From the NCBI RefSeq assembly GCF_002113885.1, contig NW_018408743.1, positions 943,516 through 1,004,014 of the forward strand: a stretch of 60,499 nt of DNA. Direction: 5' to 3'. The DNA comes from Mizuhopecten yessoensis (taxonomy: Eukaryota). Shown one piece after another: positions 12,957 to 25,001 of the stretch (positions are counted from its first letter, which is position 1; each line of letters starts with the position of its first letter). The position numbers and the translations under genes were made by a program. The notes beneath the pieces were generated by a model. That model did no database searches and was not told the DNA's origin. It worked only from the letters and a program-made list of their open reading frames with translations.

Positions 12957-13410
12957 CCAGGTATGGTTCTGTTACCATACCTATAACACAGGTATTCTGG
13001 GACCAGGTATGGTTCTGTTATCATACCTATACCACAGGTATTCTGAGACCAGGTATGGTTGTTATCATACCTATAACACAGGTATTCTGAGACCAGGTAT
13101 GGTTCAGTTTCATACCTATAACACAGGTATTCTAAGACCAGGTATGGTTCTGTTTTTGAACCTATAACACAGGTATTCTAAGACCAGGTATGGTTCTGTT
13201 ATCATACCTATAACACAGGTATTCTGACACAAGGTATGGTTATGTTATGATACCAATAAAACAGTTATTCTTGGAACAGGTATGGTTCTGGTATCATACT
13301 TTTAAAACATGAATTTGAGACCAAGTATGGTTCTGTTATCATACTTTTATAACATGTATTCTCAGAGACCAGGTACGGGTCTATCATCATAAGTAAAACC
13401 AGGTATTTTC
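12957..13410 (+). repeat. 46-bp minisatellite, ~10 copies, each with internal hairpin
   Basis: Unit CCAGGTATGGTTCTGTTATCATACCTATAACACAGGTATTCTGAGA; the first two units start at 12957 and 13003. AGGTATG(GT)..(AC)CATACCT is an inverted repeat. Confidence 0.95.
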
Positions 13411-14449
13411 AGTCCAAACTACATCAACATGTTATTCACCAGATGTCCAGTAACTTAATTGTCTATTTACCTAATATCAGACCTATTTTCCGTTTTTCCT
13501 CACACAAGCTCTAGCTAAACAATAAGGAGTGTGCTTTTAACAAATGTTCAACAACAACAAAAAAGTTTGGCCTGTATTAGTCATTAAATGATGAGCTATT
13601 TGAAGAATTTGATTTGAGGGCCGTGAATTGTTTCACAGTTGTCCCCCTATCAGATAGTGAGGTGAATGGATCTACACTTGGATGAGTTGATAGAAACCAC
13701 AGGCAAACGCAAGCACAGGGACATATACGCCTGCCAGAAACAAAAGCCTGGAATTTAAATTTGTGAATGGACAAGGTATCACTTGGCTAATATCAGACAA
13801 ATTGATCAATGTGTGATTATCTAGATAGGGTGGGCTCCGACAAGGCTCAGTATGACATCACCTATCACAGGGGGGGAAGTATTTAGGGGGCTGATATGGG
13901 CCCCTCAACCGTCATGTCTAGCTTACAGGTGGGGTCCTCGTCTGGGATCTGTAGGAGATAGCCTTTCACCTGTAGTTCTAGTGTTAATATTCTTTAATCC
14001 AATTTAAACCTGCAGTAAGATTAATTGTTTAAAAACAAACCTCAACAGTGTCTTTTAGGAAATACAATGTTCTTCTACGGACTTAGATAGCAATCTAATT
14101 CTGTGGTTCTTCCCATAGTTACCACGACAACAACACGTTTTACCTTGACCTTGACCTTTCAATCTTTGCAATGGAAACAAAAGATGTACTTGAGGTAACT
14201 TCCAGGTAATCACAAGAAAATTGTACTCCAACTAACTATTAGGTAATCCTGTTTCAGGTAACTGAGAAATAAAGGTCAAGGGCATTCAGGTAACCAGTTA
14301 GTGATTTTTGTTGTTAGATTGTTACAGATAACATCAGAAAAACTAGCAAAATATTAACAGTCTCCGGTGTGATCTTAAACTTCATCTAAACATCAGTTTA
14401 AACCCTTTGTGAGCTGAGGCAAAGGTGAGGAAAAGGTGCAGTGCAAATA

Positions 14450-14675
14450 CATACCTGTAAGACATACCTGATGGTCATACCTATAAGATATATATCTGAT
14501 GGTCATACCTGTAAGATATATATCTGATGGTCATACCTGTAAGGCATACCTAATGGTCATACCTGCAGAATTACTCATCCTCCCACTGGCCAGCTGATGG
14601 ACAGACTTACTCATCCCCCATTGCTCCACTAACAGACAGATTTAGGTATCCCCACTGGCCAGCTGATGGACAGAT
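14450..14675 (+). repeat. Two adjacent short tandem repeats (26-28 bp x~4.5; ~35 bp x3)
   Basis: catacctgtaaga(catacc/tatatatc)tgatggt units at 14450-14567, then cccactggccagctgatggacaga-type units at 14570-14675. Confidence 0.85.
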
Positions 14676-15029
14676 AATGTGGATGAACATCAGGGTAATT
14701 AACCTACAATGGATACTATGTGCGTGTCCCTCACGTTCTACCTGTGATCATCAACACCTGTACAGGGCTTGTTAGTGACTTATGGGGGTCAATTAGGTTT
14801 ACGGAATGAAAACAATACCAATTGTCTACTTTCTTGTACTTCCACATCATTTTCCTCTGTACAATCTAGGGGTGGGCATAATCAGATTACAGAAAAAATG
14901 GGTAAGATTACAACTGTGTTGTGGTACAAATCATATTATTCACGGTTTGAAACAAAACGATTTTTTCCTTAATCTTATACCTTTGACCTAAATGAGATAA
15001 ATGTGAATCCTGATAGGTGCAGTGAAAAA

Positions 15030-15215
15030 GGTGGTCAGGTGGGCGCAATGGATAAAGCACTGGCCTTTCACCAAGTCTGCTGGGGTTCGATTCCCAGATC
15101 GGACGTGTATTGGTAAAGGGGTCACCTACCCGACCGTAAGGATTTTCTTTGAATACTTTGGTTGCCTTCCGCATTAATGTTAGAAGAGTTGTTTCACAAT
15201 TATTGTAAAATAAAC
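15030..15215 (+). mobile_element. tRNA-derived SINE with V-domain-like body (V-SINE/BivaV-like)
   Basis: A-box tgggcgcaatgg (15040-15051) and B-box ggttcgattcc (15084-15094). These are followed by ggattttctttgaatactttggttgccttccgca, which resembles the V-domain GGGTTTTCTCCGGGTACTCCGGTTTCCTCCCACA. Confidence 0.75.
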
Positions 15216-16395
15216 AGTTTACATGAGGTGACACCGCCTGTTAAGAACCATCAACAAGTTTCTCAAAAACAGGCTCGGATACTGGTAGGGACAAGTGCAC
15301 GATTGAGGGGCTTTGGTTTGGTTGGCAATGTCAGCTGAAGTTATTGTGAACCAAATGCAGATAAAATGTCCAGTGTATTGAGAGAAAAAAAAGACCTCTT
15401 GAACTACTACATTCCTCCTGAAAAAATGATATATTTTTTTATATTCCAACCTAAAAATGATTGAAAATTAAGCTAGTTTAAAGAGAAACACTTCAATTAT
15501 CGATAAAATTCTAAGAACAATTATAGAAATGTTTTAGTAAATGTATACCGATTGTTCTTACTGTATAAATTACGCTAACAGACGTGTTTTATCGTGGGAG
15601 GTGTCGTGATGACGTATGCGAAATAAACAATTCATAGAACATGTCAATTTAAGTGAGAATTTCTTTTTACGTCAAACAAAGTCAAAAAAATATATTACAC
15701 AATGAAAATAATACCAATACCTTGACAACATGCTGTCGCCATGGACACCATCGTTTGATGTGGCCACAGGGTATTGTCATCAGGTGATGAAATACCTTGA
15801 TAAAACCCAGGTAATTACACCTGCCTTAATTACAAACCCAGGTGATTTTACAGGTGTCACTCTGGTGCTTCCTCAGTGCTTCATCGAACCTCGCCATCCA
15901 GCGATACAAACAGAACAACACTATGTGTATTACCTGGTACATGTTTTTGTCTAGAACGTCTGAGTGAAAATGCCACGCTGACTGGTGTACAACATTTCTG
16001 CATGTGGAACAAAGACATTGAGAAAAGAATAAAGCAAATTTTAGCTTTAACATTTTTTTTCTAAATTCTTTTGAATTTTGAATTTTTATAAGATATTCAA
16101 TGCTTTGATCAAAATCGCTTTGATATTCAAGTATCTGAAATGCTATTTGCTTAATGAGATATTGTAATCTATTGAAACCAAACCCATTTTAAGCTAGAAA
16201 TCCCTTTGATTAAGGTCTTATTCCACTCAAACTTCCAACTGAAACATTTCTACGTAAATTGATTGCTGTTTATTCTGAAAATAATTATTGGCAAAAGGTT
16301 CCTTAGTTTAAACAGGGCAATATCAATGGCAAAAATGAATTTTTATAAAAGGTTAGCATTGCAAACATAAACAAGGGGTGACAGGTTTGAACCTT

Positions 16396-16439
16396 GCACA
16401 AACACCTACACATATTTTTTTCTGCGATATTCGTTTATT
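16396..16439 (-). terminator. Candidate polyadenylation site on minus strand
   Basis: AATAAA (plus-strand tttatt at 16434-16439) followed ~22-43 nt downstream by GU-rich tgtgtaggtgtttgtgc. A second AATAAA lies near 16561. Confidence 0.4.
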
Positions 16440-17889
16440 CACATTTTTTGGTATATGCTACCTTAATTGATGGAATAGTGATTATATATAAGTAATAAAA
16501 AAAAAAAAAAATGAAATATTGATATAATTTGATTCTCTTCTGTGAGTATTACATATGTCTTTATTCAGACAAACACACACTGATTTGTGTATATAAATTA
16601 CATATATTCATAAACTTTTTTTAATAGAATCAAACTGGAAATATTAACTGAAGTTAAAAACTTATGAGAAGTTATTAAAGTCAATTTTGTATAATAGAAT
16701 ATGTAATAAAACTATTCAATTCAGAACCCCCCCCCCCAAAAAAACCCCACCTCCATTTGATCTGTTTCAATGCAGCGTTAAACTAACTTCCAAAACAATG
16801 AAAATTTACAAGCAGCTAATATTTCATCAACTAGCTTGCACAACATTCGCAATCTGCGCATTCTCCAGATGTCTGCCAATGAAGAAATTGAAACTTAATG
16901 AAAGAAATGCTTCTATCGTAAAAACACAAGCAGCTTATAATAAAAAAAATATGTATTAAATTTTTAAGTAAATGGGAAACTTTTCACTGATTACAATCAA
17001 AATTAGACTAAATGAGAAATGTTTACGGAGTAAATATATAGTAAGTGCATATTAAGTATCCGTCTTCGTGCATAAATACCGGCACTTATGTGAAAATCTA
17101 ACTGCTAACCACCTCTGCCATCTTATCGCCCGCAATTTCCTTCCTATTATAACTGCAAGTGGAAAGCGACTCTGAGATTGTCCCTCTTGGAAATCTGTTT
17201 CTGCTTTAACGCCTCTCTCTATAAGATATACATGGCTGTAAGACGCTTGTACAAGTAGGATTTCCTCATACAAAGCGGCAAACACATTATTTTTAACCAG
17301 AGGCACTTGAAATAAATAACTAATAGCATTCTGACAAGCTCTGAGATTTATTCGTTACTTTTAACAGTTTTCTACAAACAAAACTGTATATCTGTACGCT
17401 TTTCTTTTTTGTTTCATCGGAACTGACATCTCACAGTGCCAAAGGTAGATCACCTTTTCTACTTGTACTTTCTGAAATTACTTTCACTTCCGCAAATCCG
17501 ATCTCTCAGACACTTTGAAAATGATACATCAGCCATGATATTTGTATAGGATCATTTAACATATTTTGAACTTTTCTGAAATTCATTAAAAACAGCCATC
17601 TGCTGGTAATATCACTGGAAGAAAGTCAAGGGGAAGAAAATGTTTTTTGATTATCTTTAAATGTGATCAGACATGTTTAATAATTAAATATGACAATTTG
17701 GCCTTGAAGATTGTTTGGTTTTTATGACAAACAGTCTCCAGATTGTAAGAAGTCTGAAACAGAAACAACAAAATTCAATTTGAATACCAAAAGAAATTAC
17801 TTAATTCCGCTTTTATGACAACAGTCATTCTGCCTCGCTATATGTGCACAAAGCTCCTTTGGTACATAACTTCATTCAGTCTTCAGAGC

Positions 17890-17917
17890 TCCCCCCCCCC
17901 CCCCCCCCCCCCCACCC
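17890..17917. repeat. Poly-C tract (similar poly-G tracts at 22233-22250 and 34611-34632)
   Basis: Homopolymer runs seen directly. Confidence 0.9.
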
Positions 17918-19254
17918 CAAAAGAAAATCAATTTATGCTAAAATTTTGTGCATAAAGTATTCTACGCTTATGTAGAACAATGCTGGATAAAGCACAATGT
18001 TTCGGTCCATTGTGGCCGCAGATACTGCATACAAAGCTACAAGTACAGAACTCTGTTGCAAGCTAGGTATCCCGTTACACCCGTATTTACATTGTGGAGA
18101 TGATAAAATTGTATACATTGCACAATAGCTATACCATAGGGCGCACACAATGGCTTCAGAAATCTATAGGAAAATATCTTCCAAGACATGTAGACATTGC
18201 TTTTATACCGCAATTAGCGATTCTGTTTGCATGTTTAATATACCGGGCAGTATACACACAAGGACCCCCGATTATAACGCTTACAGAAGTTTTTATGCAG
18301 TACCTTTATATAGCAAAAACATTTTATATGCAAACCCCATAAACCATTATTCCTAATGAATGTGATATTCAAAGAAGTCTCTATCAGTAACATGCTATAT
18401 AAAGTCTACTCTACAGGTATTGCCTGGCTAGTCATTATAACCAGACTTTACAAATTAGAGTACAATAACTTGTTTCTCACTGTAGTGTAAATATCTGGGA
18501 ATGCACGCAAATCAGTTACTTTTTACACTCTTGCAAATTACCAGGCCCACATAAAATAGCATATCACTTGTCCCTCTGACTGTGTAAAGTAAAACTATAT
18601 TTTGTAATTTATTCATATTAAAATATTTTTTTATAACATTTATAAAGCAGCACAAAACAGTTAGAAGTAGTTAAGCTTGCAACCAAAAGTTTATAATATT
18701 GAACCTTGCCATCAAGTTTAATCAGTGAAAACGGTTTCAGCCTACCTTGCTATACAAATAGGTACCAGCATATGCGGGGAAGTTATTATGTGAAAACCTT
18801 TCATCCTGGATAGACGTCATATGGTGACTCTTGGTTGGTTCACATAACACAACCTTGTTTCTTTGCTGTCATAGCAATGGGCAGCAAGTTAAAAAAAAAT
18901 AACCTACCTTTCCCACACTATGAAGTCATACAGAATAGTTTGTATTTCCTGGTACAGGAGCTGTACTGCTAAATATTACATAGGTGATACATTGTGTTGT
19001 ACAAAAGTCTAAAGCAAAAACATTATATGTTAATGTGTACCTATAGGATCCTACACAGTAAAACAACAACTGCGAACAACCTCCACATATATAGCTAACT
19101 ATAGGCTTATGTGGAGTCAAATATGTAACCCATGTTTCTATACACCATTGTGTCAAGTTCTACAAAACATCTGCACAGTTATGCAGAGGTTGCTCTTTTA
19201 ATATATAATGTAAAGTATTATATTACTAAAGCAGGTATTCTGCAGCAAAATGCT

Positions 19255-19590
19255 GTTAAGGCTATATGCTACCTTACACATCATCTCTGGGATTTGTTTT
19301 AATAGTTAAGGTTATATGTAACCTTACATAAAGTACCTGGGATTTTTTTTAGAGTTAAGGTTGTATGCTACTTTACACATTATGTCTGGGGTTGGTTTTA
19401 ATAGTTAAGGTTATATGTAACCTTACATAAAGTACCTGGGATTTTTTTAGAGTTAAGGTTGTATGCTACCTTACACATTACTCCTGTGATGTGTTTTCGA
19501 GTTAAGAATATATGCTTCCTTACACATTATACCTGGAATTTGTTTTAGAGTTAAGGGCTATATGCTACCTAACACATCATACCTGGGATA
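19255..19590 (+). repeat. ~49-50 bp minisatellite, ~7 copies, partial dimeric higher order
   Basis: GTTAAGG starts at 19255, 19305, 19354, 19404, 19452, 19501 and 19550. Unit is GTTAAGGTTATATGCTACCTTACACATTATACCTGGGATTTGTTTTAGA-like. Confidence 0.93.
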
Positions 19591-22500
19591 TATGCTTTGA
19601 ATCATTACACAAAGAAATTGGTTTGTTCCTGCAGACGCAATAGGATAAGATATGAATTCTAAATCTTCTAAGACAAGACTAGTAGGTTGGAATGCTAAAA
19701 CACCCTAAAGTTAAGATTATATGATTTAAATGTTTTGGTACTTCTAAGTCAAACTGTAAGAATCTGTTTGGTAAAAATGTAGCAAGGTAGCATCATAAAT
19801 TTTATTTGTCAGACAATAGGAAAAAAATTGGAGCTACAAGGTAAACTTCTTAAGCAAATAGATAATGGGGTGGACCAGAACGAGCTTAAGTGCAATGCAT
19901 TCTGATACATACATAGGTAGTTAGTCATTTATAGACAATAAATGTATATATATATATCACATCACAGGGTGGGGTGGGGACACAGGATACGGTTTCCTAA
20001 TCACCAAATTTTTCACAATAGAGCTAGATTTGTCACACACTTCAGGTACAGGTAGGCATCGTAGCCAGGTGCTCTTCACAATGTACCAACCAAGTCTAAG
20101 CATTGACAGTCCAACAGATCTGGAACAATAAGTGCTGACCACACTCGAGTGTTTTTTGTTTTGTACGGGACACAAAAGTCCGACTGACAGACCGCAACAT
20201 AGAGTACATGTTCCTATACCCCCTCTGGATTAGTACGTGAGAAAAACTGCAAGGAATCGAAGTCACAGCCCGGGAGGCCTGTGTTGAACCCTGGCCAAAT
20301 TGTTTATACAAAAAAAAAAAAAAAGCACTTACCCACTACTAAACTAGTCGTTACTCCATGGTAAACCAGCTAATTTCTTTCCATGGGGAAGTTAAAAATC
20401 CATTTTTTTTTTCGAAACACATCTGAGGGAGTTAATTCCTGTCGTCCGACCTGTTACCTGGTATAGCTACACCTGTCTACCTGACCAGGTACGCCGGTTT
20501 ATTGGGCAGGCGTCCTAATCTATTATTGATACACGCTAACCAATCCATGCGGCCTTTGATGGCTGATCTGCCTCTGTCTTCTATAATTGTTTCTATGCCA
20601 GAGCTGTGTAGGGCCCTCACACATAAAACAACCGACACTGTATCACACAACACATGATCCCACGGACTCCCTTCTATCAAGATCTGTTAGCCTAATGGTA
20701 CATTAACATAAATATTTAAATACCACCAACATTTGCTTAAATTTTAAAACTGAAAAACATGAAATATAGCATTTTTTTAAAATTCAACACAGATCTCATT
20801 ATAGACAAAATGTGTGAAAAGATATCAGTTTTACAGATAATTATTAATTTTTTATTTAGTTTAAAATTTGACAAGATTATTTGGGTGAAGCTGAGGATTC
20901 CTAATTTAAGAAAGGCCTGTAACTCACATTAACTTATAAAACGTTTATGGAGAAAAACACAATTGGTTTGTTTTGGTCTACAAAAAACATTCATAAATGC
21001 TATGTATAAAACCAAGAAAAAAACAAAAATCAGAACATCTATATTAAGCTTTGGTAGTTTTGACGAAAATTTAATTTTAATATCGTAGATGTTAAGCTTG
21101 CTTACTTCAAAGTACAGGCTGTACATGGTCATCAACTTGCACACCTAATGGTGTAGAAAAAATAAGTGTCTTTAAATACCCAACACCAGGGGCAATGTGT
21201 TGGTAGTGTGGTGGGAGGGGGTAGGACAATACCTCATCCTTGTAGTTCTACCCTTCAGACACGCTCCACCGAACACCAGTCTCACAGTCCGTGGAAACAA
21301 TGGGATATTTACCTGTACGCGTAAACTGTACTATGGGTTCATGTATTACTCATACAAAAAAATAAACGGTTCATTTTAGTTGAATGTCTGCATCGTTTAT
21401 TAATTTCTTTTCTGCGCGTATTTATAAACCTGTCTTTACAACAATAGCCCTAACAGACATCTGACGACAACAGCCTGAGAAATTATGTCATTTATCCCCG
21501 TGAACTATGACAATTTCTCTGTTCCTGAGAACTCAATTTTATAAACAGTTTACCGGATTAGTGCTTTAACACAAAAAAAATCTGTTTTTAATTTCAATAT
21601 TGCTTTATCATTTGAGTGAAATTTTCTCATGGAGTTGAATCAGTCTACCTGCGTTATTTTTCTCTCCCATAGATATCGAAATTCTTCAAACTTAAGCCAC
21701 AATAAAGTCCAATTATCGTTGTTAAATCACCCGGTATCAGGTGGTTAATCTTAAAGTGGTTTTAAACGGACGATTTGAAGCGAGATCTCTGTCCAGATTA
21801 CAACTGGTCCTCCCTACGTCTGATTTGATAGATTGATCTACCAGTTTGACCTTGACCTGTACATGTAATGCCTAGATACAAATAGTTTAATTCTCCCAGG
21901 AAAATGTAAGTCGCATTAACTATGTACGTGAGTGAGGTTTCAGTTTTGTCCTAGACGTTGTTAGAAAACTATTTGTGATAAGCCTACCTCATAATTTGCA
22001 CCACAAGGAAGCAAACTCTGTATTAAATATAGGTGATGTAATTGATTATATCTACGGAGGAAGTATATGGTAAATCTATCATGGGTACAAACACTTTGTA
22101 ACCGTCTGTGGTATGTAGTTGTTCCGTTAATCAATGTCTTGTTCTCATAAAACATGTGGTGGAATAAGATTAAACTGATTTATTTCAGTTAATTAGCATG
22201 TTTTATATTTTATTTTATCAATGTTTAACTTCGGGGGGGGGGGGGGGGGGCAGTTATCACTCCAGTTCTAAGAAAGGAAGTATAGATCCAATGTGCATAA
22301 TATGCATTAGATATCTTGCATCACTTCTATGGTATTCTGAGAGATAAATACTTTTGTGTTAATTTACAATGAGTTGGTGACATTTTGCAAATATTTATTG
22401 AAAAATTAAAATCACGTTAGCCATCTATTAAGATTTAGCATTTTCTCATAAAATAATTATTCACAAGTGCATAACATACTTGATATATTTGACCCATAAT

Positions 22501-23696
22501 GAAATTACCTATTGAATAATGTGAGAATAACAATTTTCTGCATGAAAATATTAACATACATCACAAATTTTACCAGTTATGTGGTACACATGCGAGTTTG
22601 TTAAATTCAAATCTCCATGGTTTTGAATGCAATTTCAAAAGTTATATTTGGCAAAATTAGTGATTCATAGCTGATAGGGCACTGGGATAAAATATCTTAA
22701 ATTATAGCCAATATTTTTGCTGGGTTTTACCAGAAATTACTGATATCTACTGGGGTGGGCTTATCATTGAGCAGGGTGGGCTTATTATTGAACACCGACT
22801 TCTCACAAGATAAATATAGTATGCTTGTATAACTTTTTACTATTCTTTGTATTGCAACAAGACAAACTTGTTTTTAACAAAATTAACATAAATCTTTCAT
22901 TTATCTGGAGTTAAACTTAAAATCTAATTTTACTAAAATGTTGGCATTTATTAAATTTCAGTAATATTTAAATGAAAAAGGAGCTATTATATGACATTTT
23001 CGTTGTATTTTTGTGCTGTTACTACATTAGTGGCTTATAGTTTCAATGTGACATTTTCCATAATGTTGTCTGATTTCCCAATTGACAAAAAACTTGAATG
23101 ATGATAGACCTGTATTTAGTCGTCATATGCGTGCTGACAGACGCGCCAGTCATGGGTCATGTGACCATATCAAACTTTAACCCGACGTCTACACCTTGTG
23201 AATGGAGGGCCCACAAATACATAGTTAATATACTTCGGGTAAAGTACACAAATCTTCCAAAAAATCTTTATTATTAAATGATGTAATTCCATTTATCTCT
23301 GTCTTAAAGCACAGAAGACATTGTCCTGGATAAACGCCATTTAAACACCAATCACATCTGATCCAGAAAGATCTTGAAGTGGCCCGTTACTTAATGCAGA
23401 TGGGGGACAGAGATACTGGTTTGGTGTTGTTCAGAGGCCTTACAAGGTTATGGCCCTGTTCATGATGGCCAAGCGATCAAGTCTGAGCGACGGTCTCGGA
23501 TCCTGACATAACCCAAGCACGTCGTACTTTGGCTTGTATTTGTGTGGTGGCGATGTACCCAAGATGGCCGCTATTGTCTCGGGTGTGTAGGATTATAGAC
23601 CAGAAACTCAATAGTTTATCTCTACAATGTTATCCAACTTAGATTTTTCAACATTAATAGAGAAGATTCAATCAGCCGATTGTTTTTTCAATTTGT

Positions 23697-23712
23697 CCAG
23701 TAGAGGGCACCA
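23697..23712 (+). promoter_or_regulatory. CTCF-like motif CCAGTAGAGGGCACCA
   Basis: Close match to the CTCF core consensus CCASYAGRKGGCRSYA. Confidence 0.45.
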
Positions 23713-23915
23713 CTGTGCAAATGGAAATTGATTTACCGTTATGTCTTTTTACCCATATTCAACAATAAATCAGACAAAAAAAGCTGATATGTCTTGATGA
23801 AACTTTGATCCTATTAATTACAATTATTAACATCTTCAATTCATAAGTGGTTATTATTTTTTATCTTTGGTATTAAGTGATACAAACAGGTAGTATTTGT
23901 TTTTTTAATCAAATT

Positions 23916-24060
23916 CAGTGAAACCTGTGTAATACGATCCTTGAGTATTCTAAAATCCAACATTATATTCCTATTTCTAACAAAAACTATCTGTATATTT
24001 TTACATCCTGCTTAATCTGACCAATTGTGTCCTATGATATCGTCCAGTCAGGTTTCACTT
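23916..24060. mobile_element. Tc1/mariner(pogo)-like MITE
   Basis: TIRs CAGTGAAACCTG ... CAGGTTTCACT(T), followed by TA. Related ends occur at 41821-41966 and 45841-45907. Confidence 0.7.
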
Positions 24061-24337
24061 TATTGCAATTCCTTTGCTTTGAAAACAAACCCTGTTGATG
24101 GAGAATATTTGTTTTCCGACTTTCCATTAGGTTAATAAAAGAAATATAAGGGTAATAAAACCATGCATCAACCTCATTTTAATGCCAGCAGCTATCATGG
24201 AATACAAGAAAATGGAAACAAGTGGAAATTGCTAACAGGTGGCCTGTTTACCACTACGGGATTAAATAGAGATAACATTCGGAGGTTTTGTATCTACAAA
24301 GGAAATTAAATAACAATAAACGAAAGTATAAACTTAC

Positions 24338-24399
24338 CTTATTTACGGTAAAGGTTCCAAGAGACTTCCCCACACACAGCTGTCATGTCCAGAGGATTT
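24338..24399 (-). other. Candidate 62-nt non-coding exon
   Basis: Minus strand reads ttttccattttgtgtctttgtAG| exon |AAG-GTAAGT. The exon has stop codons in all three frames. Confidence 0.45.
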
Positions 24400-24910
24400 C
24401 TACAAAGACACAAAATGGAAAAATCCCTCAAAATCTCACATGAGAATTTTTTTTATTTTTTTTTTGGTCATGAGAGCAATATATTCCATGCACAATGTTT
24501 CTATGTAGAACCGATAACAGATGTATAATACATGTACAACTCAATTTAAACGGTCATCAAAAATTTGTAAAAATTGGAAACATAAATCTGTGGGTAGTTG
24601 GTGATGGACTGGTACCATTTCACTATAACAATATGAGCCTTGTCAAAGCTCAAATGTAATGTAGATACAAATCTAAATGCCAATGTCAAAAAGAAAAATT
24701 CACTGAAGCTTATGTACATGTATTTCAGTTCCACATATTTGGGAATACGATTTCAGTCTCTGCCGTGATCCTGATGCAGTCAGACACTGAAACACCTGAA
24801 ACGTTAATTACTGGTAGAGATACAATATCTACCTGTACTAACGAGTTCCTTACTTGGCAATTTTTTCCCTCAGGTACAGCAGTCCTGTAGCGGTATCAGA
24901 AACGTTTCAT

Positions 24911-25001
24911 TTAACCCTTTCACCACTGTAGACCATAATCGACTCATCCGTATCAATGCATGGCTGAGTTTACTAAAGTTACATAGGGGTGAAAGGGTTA
25001 A
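24911..25001 (+). mobile_element. piggyBac-like MITE family A (91 bp incl. TTAA TSDs)
   Basis: TTAA-CCCTTTCACC ... GGTGAAAGGG-TTAA. A second copy in opposite orientation lies at 57410-57500. Confidence 0.85.

Noticed and set aside
12957-13410. CRISPR-like appearance of hairpin-containing repeats (also 30313-31393)
   Set aside because: Units are contiguous with no unique spacers, there are no cas genes, and the context is eukaryotic.
15030-15100. Functional tRNA gene (also 41396-41462, 48131-48186)
   Set aside because: No intact cloverleaf or acceptor stem; the context indicates SINE-derived heads.
17098-17120. miR-34-like sequence on minus strand
   Set aside because: Seed mismatch and no fold-back partner.
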